Translations under genes and position numbers: made by a program
Part shown: one piece after another, positions 48,121 to 60,806 of the stretch
Layout of the letters: each line of letters starts with the position of its first letter
Position numbering within the stretch: position 1 is the stretch's first letter
Assembly: GCA_963760795.1 (NCBI GenBank)
Contig: CAVXEP010000029.1
Location: 352,001-416,000 of the forward strand
Direction of reading: 5' to 3'
DNA: 64,000 bases
Origin: an uncultured delta proteobacterium
Lineage (GTDB): Bacteria; Desulfobacterota; Binatia; UBA9968
Notes under the pieces: generated by a model
What the model was told of the DNA's origin: nothing
Databases searched by the model: none
Seen by the model: the letters and a program-made list of their open reading frames with translations, nothing else

Positions 48121-50532
48121 TTACTGGCAAGCTTCGCAGGAGGTCGGATTTTCCAGCGCGCAGGCCAGGGCTGCATCATCTGGCGCTGCTACGACGGTCG
48201 CTTTGGCGATGCGCGTGGCCGGCCGCGAGCGCAGGTAATAGGTTGTTTTCAGTCCTTTTTTCCAGGCGTACATGTACATCGAAGAAAGTTTGTTGATGGA
48301 GGGGCTTTCCATGAACAGGTTGAGCGACTGGCTCTGATCGATGAACGCGCCGCGGTCCGCCGCCATATCTATGAGTGAGCGCATGGGAATCTCCCACGCG
48401 GTGCGGTAAATCGCTCTGATCTCGGCGGGAATCTCCTCAATGTTTTGGATCGAACCCTCGGCGAGCTTGATCTTGGCGCGGATCTCGTCGGTCCAAAGGC
48501 CCAAGCTTTTGAGTTCGGTGGCGAGATAGCGATTGACCTGGAGAAATTCGCCGGAAAGAGTTTCGCGCTTGAATAGATTGGAAACGGCGGGCTCGATCGA
48601 TTCATAGGATCCGACAATGGAGCCGATGGTCGCTGTCGGAGCGATGGCGATCAGCAGAGAGTTTCTCAAACCGTTTGCGGAAATACGTTGACGCAATTCG
48701 TCCCAGGGTTGGCGGTTCTCAGGAGTGACGCCCCACAGATCGAATTGAAGAGTTCCTTGGGCCACCCGCGTATCATCAAAGTTGGGGTGGCGGCCGAGGG
48801 CGGCGGCAAGATCGCATGACGCCGACAGGGCGTGAAAATAAATTTCTTCCTGAATTCTCTTGGACAGCGCGCGCGCCTCCGGCGCATCGAACGGCAGGCG
48901 CAACTGAAAAAAGACATCTTGCAGGCCCATAATACCCAAGCCCACTGGCCGCCAGCGTTGGTTCGACGCCGCGGCTTCCGCGGTCGGATAGAAATTGATA
49001 TCGATGACCCGGTCGAGATATTTGACTGCGATGCGCACGTTGGCGGCGAGTTGGGCGAAGTCGAAACCGTCGCCGCTGACGTATTTGGCGAGATTGATCG
49101 ACCCCAAGTTGCAAACGGCGGTCTCTGAATCAGACGTGATCTCGACGATTTCCGTGCACAGGTTGGATGAGTGCACCGTTGTTCCCGGCTTGCCTGTCTG
49201 ATTGGCTCGGGCGTTGCAGATATCTTTGAACGTTATCCAGCCATTTCCCGTTTCGGCAAGGGTCTTCATCATGCGCAGGTAGAGCTCTCGCGCTTTCACC
49301 TGGCTTGAGTAAAGATTCTTTACCTCCGCGTCGAGGTAAGCGGACGCGAATTCTTCGCCGTATAGATCGGGAAATTGCGGAACCACCTTGGGATCGAAGA
49401 GCGACCAGAGACTGTCCTCTTCAACTCGCTTCATGAAAAGGTCGGGCACCCAGTTGGCGAGATTCAAATTGTGGGTGCGCCGGGCGCCATCGCCGGTGTT
49501 GTCGCGCAACTCCAAAAACTCCTCGATGTCGGCGTGCCATGTTTCCAGATAGCTGCAACATGCGCCTTGTCGTTTGCCGCCTTGATTCACCGCCGCGACC
49601 GAAGAATCGAGGGTCTTGAGCCAAGGAACGATGCCGTTGGAGAGACCGTTGGTGCTCTGAATGAGCGAGCCGCGCGATCGTATTCGGTGATAAGCGAGAC
49701 CGATGCCGCCGGAGAATTTTGATAGCTTGGCCACGTCGGTGTAGCGGTGGTAAATCGCTTCGAGGTTGTCCTGCGGCGAGTCGAGCAGATAACAGGAAGA
49801 CATCTGCGGATGGCGCGTGCCCGAATTGAACAGCGTCGGCGAGCTCACCATGTATTCGAACGAAGAGAGCAGGCTATAAAATTCCAACGCCTCGCCGACG
49901 CTTTCGGCCAGACCGCAGGCAACGCGCAGGAAAAAGTACTGCGGCGTCTCGATCACTTGGCGGGACTGGGGATCGCGCTGGAGATAGCGGTCGTAAAGCG
50001 TGCGCAAGCCAAAGTATTCGAAGAGATTGTTGCGCTCATCTTCGATCACGTCGTTGAGCTTGCGTGAGTTGGCCGTGACGAACGCCGCGGTTCGATCCGC
50101 GATCAGACCGGCGCGCAGGCCCGCGCCGATCGATTGAGAGAAGGAATGAATATCTTGATTGGCGATCTCCTTATTGATGAAAGTCGCGAGCAAGCGCGCC
50201 GCCAGCTTCGAGTATTCGGTCTCTTCTCCGATCAGCTGCGCGGCGGTCTGAATCGACAGCGTGTCGAGCTCTTTGGTCGTGGCGCCGTCATAAAGACCGC
50301 CGATGGTTTTGGTGGCGATTTTTAACGGATCGATATGCGTCAACCCGACGGAGCAGCGAGCTACTGCGCGGACAATCTTGTTGACGTCGACGGGCTCGAA
50401 GGAACCGTTGCGCTTTTGCACGCGCATGGTTATCTGCGGTTCTCGATCGTTCGGCGTTTGTGAGTGTAGATGGCGCCGTTCAGTGCCTTGGGCGGCTGTT
50501 TGGTTGGGATTGTTAAGCAGGGCTAACGTCAT
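48121..50532 (-). CDS. nrdA: Ribonucleotide reductase class Ia alpha subunit with ATP-cone
   Basis: VQKRNG ATP-cone, SPTLFNSG, SSCYL, SNLCTEI, IAPTATI, KTTYYLR and C-terminal CEACQ; start after GAGGAG RBS. Confidence 0.96.
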   Translation of the reverse strand: MTLALLNNPNQTAAQGTERRHLHSQTPNDREPQITMRVQKRNGSFEPVDVNKIVRAVARCSVGLTHIDPLKIATKTIGGLYDGATTKELDTLSIQTAAQLIGEETEYSKLAARLLATFINKEIANQDIHSFSQSIGAGLRAGLIADRTAAFVTANSRKLNDVIEDERNNLFEYFGLRTLYDRYLQRDPQSRQVIETPQYFFLRVACGLAESVGEALEFYSLLSSFEYMVSSPTLFNSGTRHPQMSSCYLLDSPQDNLEAIYHRYTDVAKLSKFSGGIGLAYHRIRSRGSLIQSTNGLSNGIVPWLKTLDSSVAAVNQGGKRQGACCSYLETWHADIEEFLELRDNTGDGARRTHNLNLANWVPDLFMKRVEEDSLWSLFDPKVVPQFPDLYGEEFASAYLDAEVKNLYSSQVKARELYLRMMKTLAETGNGWITFKDICNARANQTGKPGTTVHSSNLCTEIVEITSDSETAVCNLGSINLAKYVSGDGFDFAQLAANVRIAVKYLDRVIDINFYPTAEAAASNQRWRPVGLGIMGLQDVFFQLRLPFDAPEARALSKRIQEEIYFHALSASCDLAAALGRHPNFDDTRVAQGTLQFDLWGVTPENRQPWDELRQRISANGLRNSLLIAIAPTATIGSIVGSYESIEPAVSNLFKRETLSGEFLQVNRYLATELKSLGLWTDEIRAKIKLAEGSIQNIEEIPAEIRAIYRTAWEIPMRSLIDMAADRGAFIDQSQSLNLFMESPSINKLSSMYMYAWKKGLKTTYYLRSRPATRIAKATVVAAPDDAALACALENPTSCEACQ

Positions 50533-50776
50533 GTGAGTCTCCTCTCTAGGTTTGGCTGCGACGATGGACGCGACCGGGGAGGAGGAGCACAAAACTCGTT
50601 TAGTCCCCTGATACAGAAGACAAACTATCCGACTCCGCCCCCCTCGGGCGCAGCTCGGACCATCGTTTGGAAGTGAACGAAAGAAGAAACTACCGCGGAT
50701 TAAAGCTTCGGTAGCATTGCTTCCCACGTCTCTCCCCACGGAGGCCCGGGTCATGTTCCGTGCGGTTGCACGGACC

Positions 50777-50960
50777 GTCGGCAGGTCTTCGGACTCGTAG
50801 GCGCTTAGCCTTCAGAGGCTGTTTTCTACTCGCCGTCGCTTCCCAGCCCATGAGAGAGCCAGTGCTTTTGACGGCTTTCGTTCCTACTTACCGCTGCGGG
50901 GCAGTCCCGGATTCGCACCGGGTTCCCTTTTTCGACGCTTTGAATACAAAGCGTACCGAC
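50777..50960 (-). ncRNA. Cobalamin riboswitch upstream of nrdAB
   Basis: Minus strand: AAAGGGAACCCGGTGCGAATCCGGGACTGCCCCGCAGCGGT...GCACTG...GGGAAG...GAGTCCGAAGACCTGCC. Confidence 0.95.
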
Positions 50961-50967
50961 AGTTGCA

Positions 50968-51015
50968 GGTCTATATATAGTAGTCGAATTTTCTTGTCAA
51001 CGCTAAATGTTGTTT
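50968..51015 (-). promoter_or_regulatory. Tandem NrdR boxes overlapping a sigma70 promoter
   Basis: Cores CAACATTTAG and CTATATATAG 32 bp apart, overlapping TTGACA-N17-TATATA; fits the NrdR consensus CwAtATaTwG. Confidence 0.8.
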
Positions 51016-51160
51016 AAAGGATCAACCAGAAGACAACGGGAATGGCTAGAACCGAAATGAGAGTGCTGATGCCCACAATTGACGCGGCGATACGGGATCT
51101 TGGCGGTACTTTTCGGTCAAGATGAAATTGATCACGGCGGCAGGGAGCGCACCATTGATT
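51014..51160 (-). pseudogene. C-terminal remnant of an AEC-family (auxin efflux carrier-like) transporter
   Basis: GALPAAVINFILTEKYRQDP, a frameshift, then IAASIVGISTLISVLAIP; the upstream part is absent. Confidence 0.65.
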
Positions 51161-51268
51161 TATTTCCAATGGGCAAAAATAAATCCGGCGGCGATCAGCA
51201 TGAAGACTGGGATGACCGGCGCGACGGGCTTGAAAATTTGAATAGTTGGGTCGGCCGGGCGCCATTCT

Positions 51269-51982
51269 CTAAAGAACGGCCATTAGCACCAGAGTCAGCG
51301 CTTCGCCGAGATCGGTGACCGCGCCAAAGTTGTTTTGCGTGAGGATCGCATGACGGCGATGGAGCAGCGCGCGACTCAGCAGCGCCAGCAGCGACAAGGC
51401 CAAGCCGATCCACAAAGCTTCGCGGCCTAGCAGGTAGGTTGCCAAGACTAACGTGATGAGTGTCGTGACCGCAAGGTGCCATAGTTTGGTATTCTCAGCG
51501 ATCGACCGCATGGTCTCCTCACAGCGGTCGTGGTAACCGTAGAGCAGCACCACCAAGGCCCAACGCGCCAGCCCAGGCGCGAGAAAGATATTGGCAGTCA
51601 CTTTGTCGTCCATGATGTCGATGGAGTGGACTTTGAGCAGGGTAACGACGATGATCGCGGCGAAGCCGAAAATCTCCCCGCCACGGTCATGAACCGCCCC
51701 GGTTGGCCACTGCATGGAATCGAAAGTGCTCTTGGTCCCGGCCAAGGGCATGGCGCCGGTGGCGACGATCAAAAGCGCGATCACCACTACGCTGAGAATT
51801 TCCGAATCGACGTACAAAGCGAGTAAGTAGTTGATCGCCGCCAAAACGACACCAATCGTTAAGCCAACTAACGGAAACCATAGGGGGGCGTTGCCGAATC
51901 CCGCAGGATCGCTTGCCGGCGCGCGCCAACGGCCCAAAATCGTTAAGTATTCGAACGCTGTGACGAGGCTTTGCACGGCCAC
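51269..51982 (-). CDS. cobS: Adenosylcobinamide-GDP ribazoletransferase (CobS)-like membrane protein, degenerate motifs
   Basis: AF.YLT, FPLVG..IG, TG, LLK, LARW and GA...E framework, next to the B12 regulon; acidic motifs altered. Confidence 0.75.
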   Translation of the reverse strand: MAVQSLVTAFEYLTILGRWRAPASDPAGFGNAPLWFPLVGLTIGVVLAAINYLLALYVDSEILSVVVIALLIVATGAMPLAGTKSTFDSMQWPTGAVHDRGGEIFGFAAIIVVTLLKVHSIDIMDDKVTANIFLAPGLARWALVVLLYGYHDRCEETMRSIAENTKLWHLAVTTLITLVLATYLLGREALWIGLALSLLALLSRALLHRRHAILTQNNFGAVTDLGEALTLVLMAVL

Positions 51983-52205
51983 TGTTGTCGCTTAGTGAGG
52001 TCATAGAGTCAACCGACCAAAGGGCAAAAAGCCGAGCGCTTGCACGGCAATTCCGCAAAGGCCCGAAATATTCAAATAATTGCTTGGTAATTCAATGCTT
52101 TATAGCTCTTTTAGCGCTTTACTTTTGCGCTCCTTTCCGGTACTATTTTGGTTAGCTGAAACTCTGTCTAACTCCAGAACTTTTCTAGCAAATTTCAAAA
52201 TTTAG

Positions 52206-54659
<2,454 letters not shown>

Positions 54660-54736
54660 TGCGCCGTTGGCGGTGTTGGCAACCTGGCCGGCGCCGCACC
54701 GAGAAATAATTCACCTAGCAGATTGGCGAGCGATTC

Positions 54737-57196
54737 ATGGAAGCTACTATCAAACCGCAAAAGGTTCCGGTCTACATCGAAGAAGAGATGCGCGAATCGT
54801 TCATGGCCTACGCCATGAGCGTCATCATCAGCCGGGCTCTGCCGGATGTGCGCGACGGCTTGAAGCCGGTGCATCGGCGCGTGCTCTACGCCATGTACGA
54901 CGCCAGCAATACTTCTGATAAGCCCTACAAGAAATCCGCCCGTCTGGTCGGCGATATCATGGGTAAGTACCATCCCCATGGCGACACGGCGATCTACGAC
55001 ACTGTGGTACGCATGGCCCAGGACTTCAACCTGCGCTATCCGCTGGTCGACGGCCAGGGTAATTTTGGTTCCATTGACGGCGATAATCCGGCGGCCATGC
55101 GTTACACCGAGATCCGCATGACCCTGTTGGCCGAGGAGATGCTCGCCGACATCGAAAAAGACACCGTTGAATTCGCCCCCAACTACGACGATTCGCTCAA
55201 AGAACCGTCGGTGCTGCCGTCGCGGATTCCCAATCTGTTGATTAACGGCTCGGCCGGCATCGCGGTTGGCATGGCGACCAATATTCCACCGCATAATCTG
55301 AGCGAAGTGATCGATGCCTTGGTGGCGCTGGTGGATAACCCCGAGATGACGATCAAGCAGTTGATACGCCATATCCCCGGACCGGATTTTCCCACCGGCG
55401 GATTTATTCATGGCCGCGAGCCGATCATTCGCGCCTACCATGAGGGCAAGGGCATCATTCAAATGCGCGGCAAGGCGTTTACCGAAACGGTCAAGCGCAC
55501 CGGCAAAGAACAGATCATCATCGGGGAAATTCCCTATCAGGTGAACAAGAAGCGGTTGATCGAACAGATCGCCGAACTGGTCAACGAGAAAAAGATCGAA
55601 GGCATCGGCGATCTGCGCGACGAATCGGACCGCGACGGGATGCGCATCGTCATCGAGCTCAAGCGCGACGCGGTGGCCGAAATCGTCATCAACCAGCTGC
55701 ACAAGCATACCCAACTGCAGGATTCTTTCGGCATGAACATGCTCGCCATCGTCGATGGCAAGCCTAAGCTGCTAACTCTCAAGGAGGCGCTGAAATGCTT
55801 CCTCGATCACCGCAAGGAAGTAGTGACCCGGCGCACCGCCTACGATCTGCGCAAGGCCGAAGAGCGGCTGCATATCTTGGAAGGGTTTCGCATCGCGCTC
55901 GACAACCTCGATGCGGTGATCGCGCTGATTCGCAATTCCGCCGACGGCAAAGAAGCCAAAGAAGGGTTGATGAGCAATTTCGCGTTGAGCGAATTGCAGG
56001 CCCAGGCGATCCTCGACCTGCGCTTGCAGCGCTTGACCGGCTTGGAGCGCGACAAGATCATGGACGAGCACCGCGAGACCGTCGCGCTGATCGCCAAGCT
56101 GCGGGCGATCCTCGCCGACGAGAAAGAGATCTACAAAATCATCGTCGGCGAGCTCAAAGAGATCAAGAAGCAGTATGGTGACGAGCGCCGCACCCAGATC
56201 GTCGATCACTCCGATGATATTTCCATCGAGGACATGATCGTCGACGAAGACATGGCGGTTACGATCTCCCATGAGGGCTATATCAAGCGCAACCCGGTGA
56301 CTCTTTATCGGGCGCAGCGGCGCGGCGGCAAGGGCAAAATCGGCACGACCACCAAGGAAGAGGATTTTGTCGAATCGTTGTTCATCGCCTCGATGCATTC
56401 CTACATTCTGTTTTTCACCACCGTCGGCAAGGTCTATTGGATCAAGGTCCATGAGCTGCCGCAGGCGAGCCGGGCGGCGCGCGGCAAGCCGATCGTCAAT
56501 CTGCTCAATCTTGAGCCCGGTGAAAAAGTCTCGGCGTTTCTCTCGGTGCGCGAGTTTCAAGAAGGCCGCTTCATCATATTCGCCACCAAAAACGGCCTGA
56601 TCAAAAAGACCGAGCTGATGGCCTACGCCCATCCCCGGCCCAGTGGGATTCGCGCCATCGGACTCGAAGAACATGACGAGGTCATCGGCGTGCGTCTGAC
56701 CGACGGCCTGCAGGAGCTGATTCTTTCCACCGCCGAGGGACAGTCGATCCGTTTCAAGGAAGAGCAAGTGCGTTCCACCGGTCGCGGCACCTTCGGTGTC
56801 GTCGGCATGCGTCTGGACGAAGGCGATCATATTGTCAGCATGGAGATTCTCACTCGTGGCTTCGCGGTCTTGACGGTTTCTGAGGGCGGCTACGGCAAGC
56901 GCACCGAGATGGATGAATACCGGCTGCAATCGCGCGGCGGCAAGGGCATTATCACGATGAAGACTAGCGACCGCACCGGCCGGGTCGTTGGCGTGCAACA
57001 AGTCACCGAGGAGGACCAGCTCATGCTGGTCTCCAACATCGGTAAGATCATTCGCCTGCGTATCAAAGATATCCGCATCATCGGCCGCAACACCCAAGGC
57101 GTGCGCTTGATCGAACTCGAAGAAGGCGAGCGGCTGGTATCGCTGGCGCGGGTGGCGGAAAAAGAGGAAGAGGACGATGGCGATGGCGACGCCTAG
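54737..57196 (+). CDS. gyrA: DNA gyrase subunit A
   Basis: RALPDVRDGLKPV, YHPHGD, AAMRYTE and GyrA box QRRGGKG. Confidence 0.98.
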   Translation: MEATIKPQKVPVYIEEEMRESFMAYAMSVIISRALPDVRDGLKPVHRRVLYAMYDASNTSDKPYKKSARLVGDIMGKYHPHGDTAIYDTVVRMAQDFNLRYPLVDGQGNFGSIDGDNPAAMRYTEIRMTLLAEEMLADIEKDTVEFAPNYDDSLKEPSVLPSRIPNLLINGSAGIAVGMATNIPPHNLSEVIDALVALVDNPEMTIKQLIRHIPGPDFPTGGFIHGREPIIRAYHEGKGIIQMRGKAFTETVKRTGKEQIIIGEIPYQVNKKRLIEQIAELVNEKKIEGIGDLRDESDRDGMRIVIELKRDAVAEIVINQLHKHTQLQDSFGMNMLAIVDGKPKLLTLKEALKCFLDHRKEVVTRRTAYDLRKAEERLHILEGFRIALDNLDAVIALIRNSADGKEAKEGLMSNFALSELQAQAILDLRLQRLTGLERDKIMDEHRETVALIAKLRAILADEKEIYKIIVGELKEIKKQYGDERRTQIVDHSDDISIEDMIVDEDMAVTISHEGYIKRNPVTLYRAQRRGGKGKIGTTTKEEDFVESLFIASMHSYILFFTTVGKVYWIKVHELPQASRAARGKPIVNLLNLEPGEKVSAFLSVREFQEGRFIIFATKNGLIKKTELMAYAHPRPSGIRAIGLEEHDEVIGVRLTDGLQELILSTAEGQSIRFKEEQVRSTGRGTFGVVGMRLDEGDHIVSMEILTRGFAVLTVSEGGYGKRTEMDEYRLQSRGGKGIITMKTSDRTGRVVGVQQVTEEDQLMLVSNIGKIIRLRIKDIRIIGRNTQGVRLIELEEGERLVSLARVAEKEEEDDGDGDA

Positions 57197-57297
57197 GCGC
57201 GCAGTGCGTTTCGTGGCGATGCTCTTGACGAACAATCGTTGATCTATCGCGGTAACGAGTCGATTTCAGCCAACAATCATTTTTGTGTGGGTCGACC

Positions 57298-58305
57298 ATG
57301 GCTAGAGAGATTGGCGTTGTCGGTGCCGGCGGCTGGGGTACGGCGCTGGCCAAGGTGCTGGCTGACAAGGGCGAGCGGGTTACTCTGTGGTGCCATGGCA
57401 CCGCTAATTTTCGCGAACTGGCGGAAAAACGGCAGAACCTGACTTATCTTCCCGGCATTTTGCTCCCCGAAAGATTGGCTGTCACCCAGACGTTAAAAGA
57501 TGCGTTGGCCGACAAAGCGCTGGTGATTTGCGCCGTGCCATCCCATGCCGTGCGCGAAGTTTTCACCGACGCGGCGGCGTACTTCGATGGCCAAACGCTT
57601 TTGCTTTGTGGTACGAAGGGGCTCGAAGAGGCGACGCTGCACACCATGGCTGAGCTGTTCGCGGATATTCTCGGTGCCACCAGCAAGGGACGCCATGGCT
57701 TTCTTTCCGGGCCGACCTTTGCGCTCGAAGTTGCCCGCGGCCTGCCGGCCGCGGTGACAGTCGCTTCCACTTCAGAAAACGTGGCGCGCTCGATCCAAGA
57801 GATTCTCAGCACCGCCAGTCTGCGGGTTTATACCTCGCTCGATGTGGTCGGCGTGCAAATCGGCGGCGTGGTGAAAAATGTCATCGCCATCGCCGCCGGC
57901 ATTAGCGATGGTCTCGGCCTCGGCCAGAACGCCAGGGCGGCGTTGATCACCCGCGGTTTGGCGGAAATCACCCGTTTGGCAGTACGCATGGGTGCCGATC
58001 CGACGACCTTGGCGGGATTGCCAGGTTTGGGCGATTTAGTGCTGACCTGTACCGGTGACTTGAGCCGCAACCGCGCGGTCGGTTTGCAGATCGCCGCCGG
58101 CAAAAGTTTGCCGGAGATCACCGCATCGACTCGCACCGTGGCTGAAGGGGTGCGCAATACCCGCGCGCTGCACGCTTTGGCCCAGCGTTTGGCGGTGGAA
58201 ATGCCGATCGTCGAGCAGATGTACCAGGTGCTCTATGGCGCTAAGCGGCCGGCCGATGCCGCGCGCGATTTGATGCAACGGTCGCTAAAAGCCGAGGCCG
58301 GTTAA
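57298..58305 (+). CDS. gpsA: NAD(P)H-dependent glycerol-3-phosphate dehydrogenase
   Basis: GAGGWGTALA, TKGLE, LSGPTFA, KNVIAIA and GDLVLTC..SRN motifs. Confidence 0.96.
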   Translation: MAREIGVVGAGGWGTALAKVLADKGERVTLWCHGTANFRELAEKRQNLTYLPGILLPERLAVTQTLKDALADKALVICAVPSHAVREVFTDAAAYFDGQTLLLCGTKGLEEATLHTMAELFADILGATSKGRHGFLSGPTFALEVARGLPAAVTVASTSENVARSIQEILSTASLRVYTSLDVVGVQIGGVVKNVIAIAAGISDGLGLGQNARAALITRGLAEITRLAVRMGADPTTLAGLPGLGDLVLTCTGDLSRNRAVGLQIAAGKSLPEITASTRTVAEGVRNTRALHALAQRLAVEMPIVEQMYQVLYGAKRPADAARDLMQRSLKAEAG

Positions 58306-58379
58306 AATTGACTTCGCCGGGACGGTATGATTGATATAATCACTTGGCTGTGAAGCGGACCTGAAGGGGAAATAGTCTT

Positions 58380-58544
58380 ATGAGCAAAAGAACCTATCAA
58401 CCGAGCAATATTAAGCGAAAGCGCACCCACGGCTTTCTCGCACGCATGGCGACGCCGGGCGGACGCAATGTCATCAAACGGCGCCGCGCCAAGGGACGCA
58501 AAAAATTGACTGTGTCGGTGCCGCCCAAGCGGGCGCGCACGTAA
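58380..58544 (+). CDS. rpmH: 50S ribosomal protein L34
   Basis: Manual translation [43 protein letters not shown]; too short for the ORF track. Confidence 0.97.
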   Translation: MSKRTYQPSNIKRKRTHGFLARMATPGGRNVIKRRRAKGRKKLTVSVPPKRART

Positions 58545-58559
58545 CCACGGGGCAAGGCG

Positions 58560-58919
58560 CTGAAGGATAATCAAGCGTTCCCGAAGTCCGCCCGCCTGAG
58601 AAAACGAAGCGAATTTTTGCGATTATCGCGATCCGGTTACAAGATCCATTCCGCAAACTTTGTCGTTATCCGCAAAACTAGCGATCATGCCGAGTCCCGC
58701 GTGGGTATCACCGTTAGCGGTAAGGTTGGCAACTCAGTGATCCGCAATCGGATCAAACGGCAAGTGCGGGAGTTTTTCCGCCGCTGCCGCGCGGCATTGC
58801 CGCATGGAGTGGATTTTCTCGTCATCGCGCGTAAAAGCGCGGTGAACCTGCCGTCGCGTATGCTCGACGCCGAATTGGCCAAAAGTTTTTCGCCGCCGCG
58901 CGGGCGCCGGATGGTATAA
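58560..58919 (+). CDS. rnpA: Ribonuclease P protein component (probable non-ATG start)
   Basis: FPKSARLRKRSEF and RVGITVSGKVGNSVIRNRIKR motifs; the frame extends upstream of the track start to CTG 58560. Confidence 0.92.
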   Translation: MKDNQAFPKSARLRKRSEFLRLSRSGYKIHSANFVVIRKTSDHAESRVGITVSGKVGNSVIRNRIKRQVREFFRRCRAALPHGVDFLVIARKSAVNLPSRMLDAELAKSFSPPRGRRMV

Positions 58920-58923
58920 CCGC

Positions 58924-59136
58924 ATGATCCGCTGGTTATTGATCTTGCCGATTCGCGCCTATCGCCTGTCGGTCTCGCCCTGGTTGCCGCCCGCTTGCCG
59001 GTTTTACCCGAGTTGCTCGGCCTACGCTCAAACGGCAATTCACCGTCACGGTGCGGTCAAAGGTCTGCTCTACACTCTATGGCGTTTCTGCCGCTGCCAC
59101 CCTTTAAGCGCCGGCGGATACGATCCGGTCAGTTGA
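58924..59136 (+). CDS. yidD: Membrane protein insertion efficiency factor YidD
   Basis: CRFYPSCS.YA and RCHP..GGYDPV motifs; conserved gene order. Confidence 0.95.
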   Translation: MIRWLLILPIRAYRLSVSPWLPPACRFYPSCSAYAQTAIHRHGAVKGLLYTLWRFCRCHPLSAGGYDPVS

Positions 59137-59145
59137 ACATACTCA

Positions 59146-60790
59146 ATGGATAAACGCGCACTCATCGGCATAGCTTTATCGGTCCTGGTATTGGTCGGTT
59201 ACCAAGAATTTATTAGCCGCTATTATGGCCCGCCGCCGACAGTTCAGTCGCCGGTCGCGGAAAAGATGGAAGCCGCTCCGTCGGGCAACACCGCGGCGCC
59301 ATCTGGAGTCACTCCCGCAGCGCCGACCGCGGTCCCGTCGCAAGTTGCGCCGGTTATCGCGCCGCCTAGCCAAACGGCTCGAAATATTCAGGTTGAAACC
59401 GATAACTACATCGCCGTTTTCACCAGCCACGGCGCGCGTCTGAAAAGCTTTCAGTTCAAAAACTATCGCGCCAGCGCGGATCCTAAAAGCCCGCTCCAGG
59501 AAATAATTACGACAGCGAAAGATGTGCCGTTGCCTCTCGGTGTGCGCTGGCAGGCGCCGGCGCCATTCGATGACGCAGGGTTGTCTTACTCCGTTCAGGG
59601 CGCCGATCTTAAACTCACAGGCGACGCCAAGGGCACCTTGGTATTTCAAGGCCAGACCGCCGATGGCGTGACGATTAGCAAGTCTTTGACATTTACCGGC
59701 AATCTTTATCCGATCCAGTTCGATGTTGCCGTCCAGTCCGCCGCGGCCACTGCGCCGGTTCCAGAAGTTTTTTTGACCGACAAAAGCGATCATACCGTGG
59801 TCAATCCCGGCGCGCCGTTCGAAGGCTTCGTCGCCTTAGTCGATAACAAGATCAAGCGCGAGGCGACGGTGGACGCGAGTAAGGGACATGAGTTTAGCGG
59901 CGACGTCGCCTGGGCCGGTTTCGGCCACACTTATTTTTTCGTTGCTTTGATGCCGGAAAATGGCGCCGGGCACAAAGTTTCGGTGCGGCAAAATGGCGCC
60001 GCGCTCGTCGCTTCGCTGAGCGGACCGGCGGCCGGCGGCCGCTATCGTCTGTTCATCGGACCCAAAGAACTCGAACTCCTAAAGTCGGTGGGCAAGGACA
60101 TCGATCGCGCCATCGACCACGGCTATTTCGGCTTCGTCTCGGTGCCGCTGCTCTACGTGCTCCACTTCTTTCACCGTTTCACCGGCAGTTATGGCGCTCG
60201 ACATCATTATACTGACGGTGCTGATCAAGCTGATCATGTGGCCGTTGACGCATAAGAGCTTTAGCTCCATGAAGTCGATGCAGAAGCTCGGGCCGCAGAT
60301 GGAAAAGCTCAAAGAACGCTTCGCCAACGACAAAGAGAAACTCAATAAAGAGATCATGGATCTGTACAAGCGCAACGGTGTCAATCCGTTGGGCGGCTGC
60401 TTGCCGATGGTGCTGCAATTTCCGGTCTTCATCGGTCTGTACAACGCGCTCAGCACGCCCATCGAGCTGCGCCATGCGCCGTTTATGTGGATTCAAGATT
60501 TGTCGCGGCCCGACTGGGAGGCGCTGCAGTTTGCAGTTCCCGGCTGGTGGCCTTCGCTCTTGCCGTCCGGCATTCCGATTCTCACCATCGTCATGGGCGC
60601 CACCATGTTTATCCAACAATGGATGACGCCGTCGGCGGGCGATCCCAACCAGCGAAGAATGATGATGTTGATGCCGCTCATGTTTACCTTCATGTTCGTG
60701 TCGTTTCCCGCCGGCTTGACCGTTTACTGGCTGGTGAACAACGTGCTGAGCATCGCGCAGCAGTACTGGATCAACCGCAGCGATAAGTAG
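59146..60790 (+). CDS. yidC: Membrane protein insertase YidC with a +1 frameshift at about 60196
   Basis: Periplasmic domain and IGPK..DHGYF in frame 1 continue as IIILTVLIK..PL, GVNPLGGCLP and YWLVNN in the 60191 frame. Confidence 0.95.
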
Positions 60791-60806
60791 CCGAGGAAGG
60801 TCAGTT

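Noticed and set aside
50533-50754. N-terminal 74-aa extension of NrdA in the ORF track
   Set aside because: It overlaps the riboswitch expression platform, and a strong GAGGAG RBS precedes the ATG at 50532
55772-57235. 487-aa minus-strand ORF and other long antisense ORFs (54656..55714, 52902..53744, 60179..61504)
   Set aside because: Shadow frames of gyrA, gyrB and yidC/jag caused by GC-rich codon bias; no recognisable motifs
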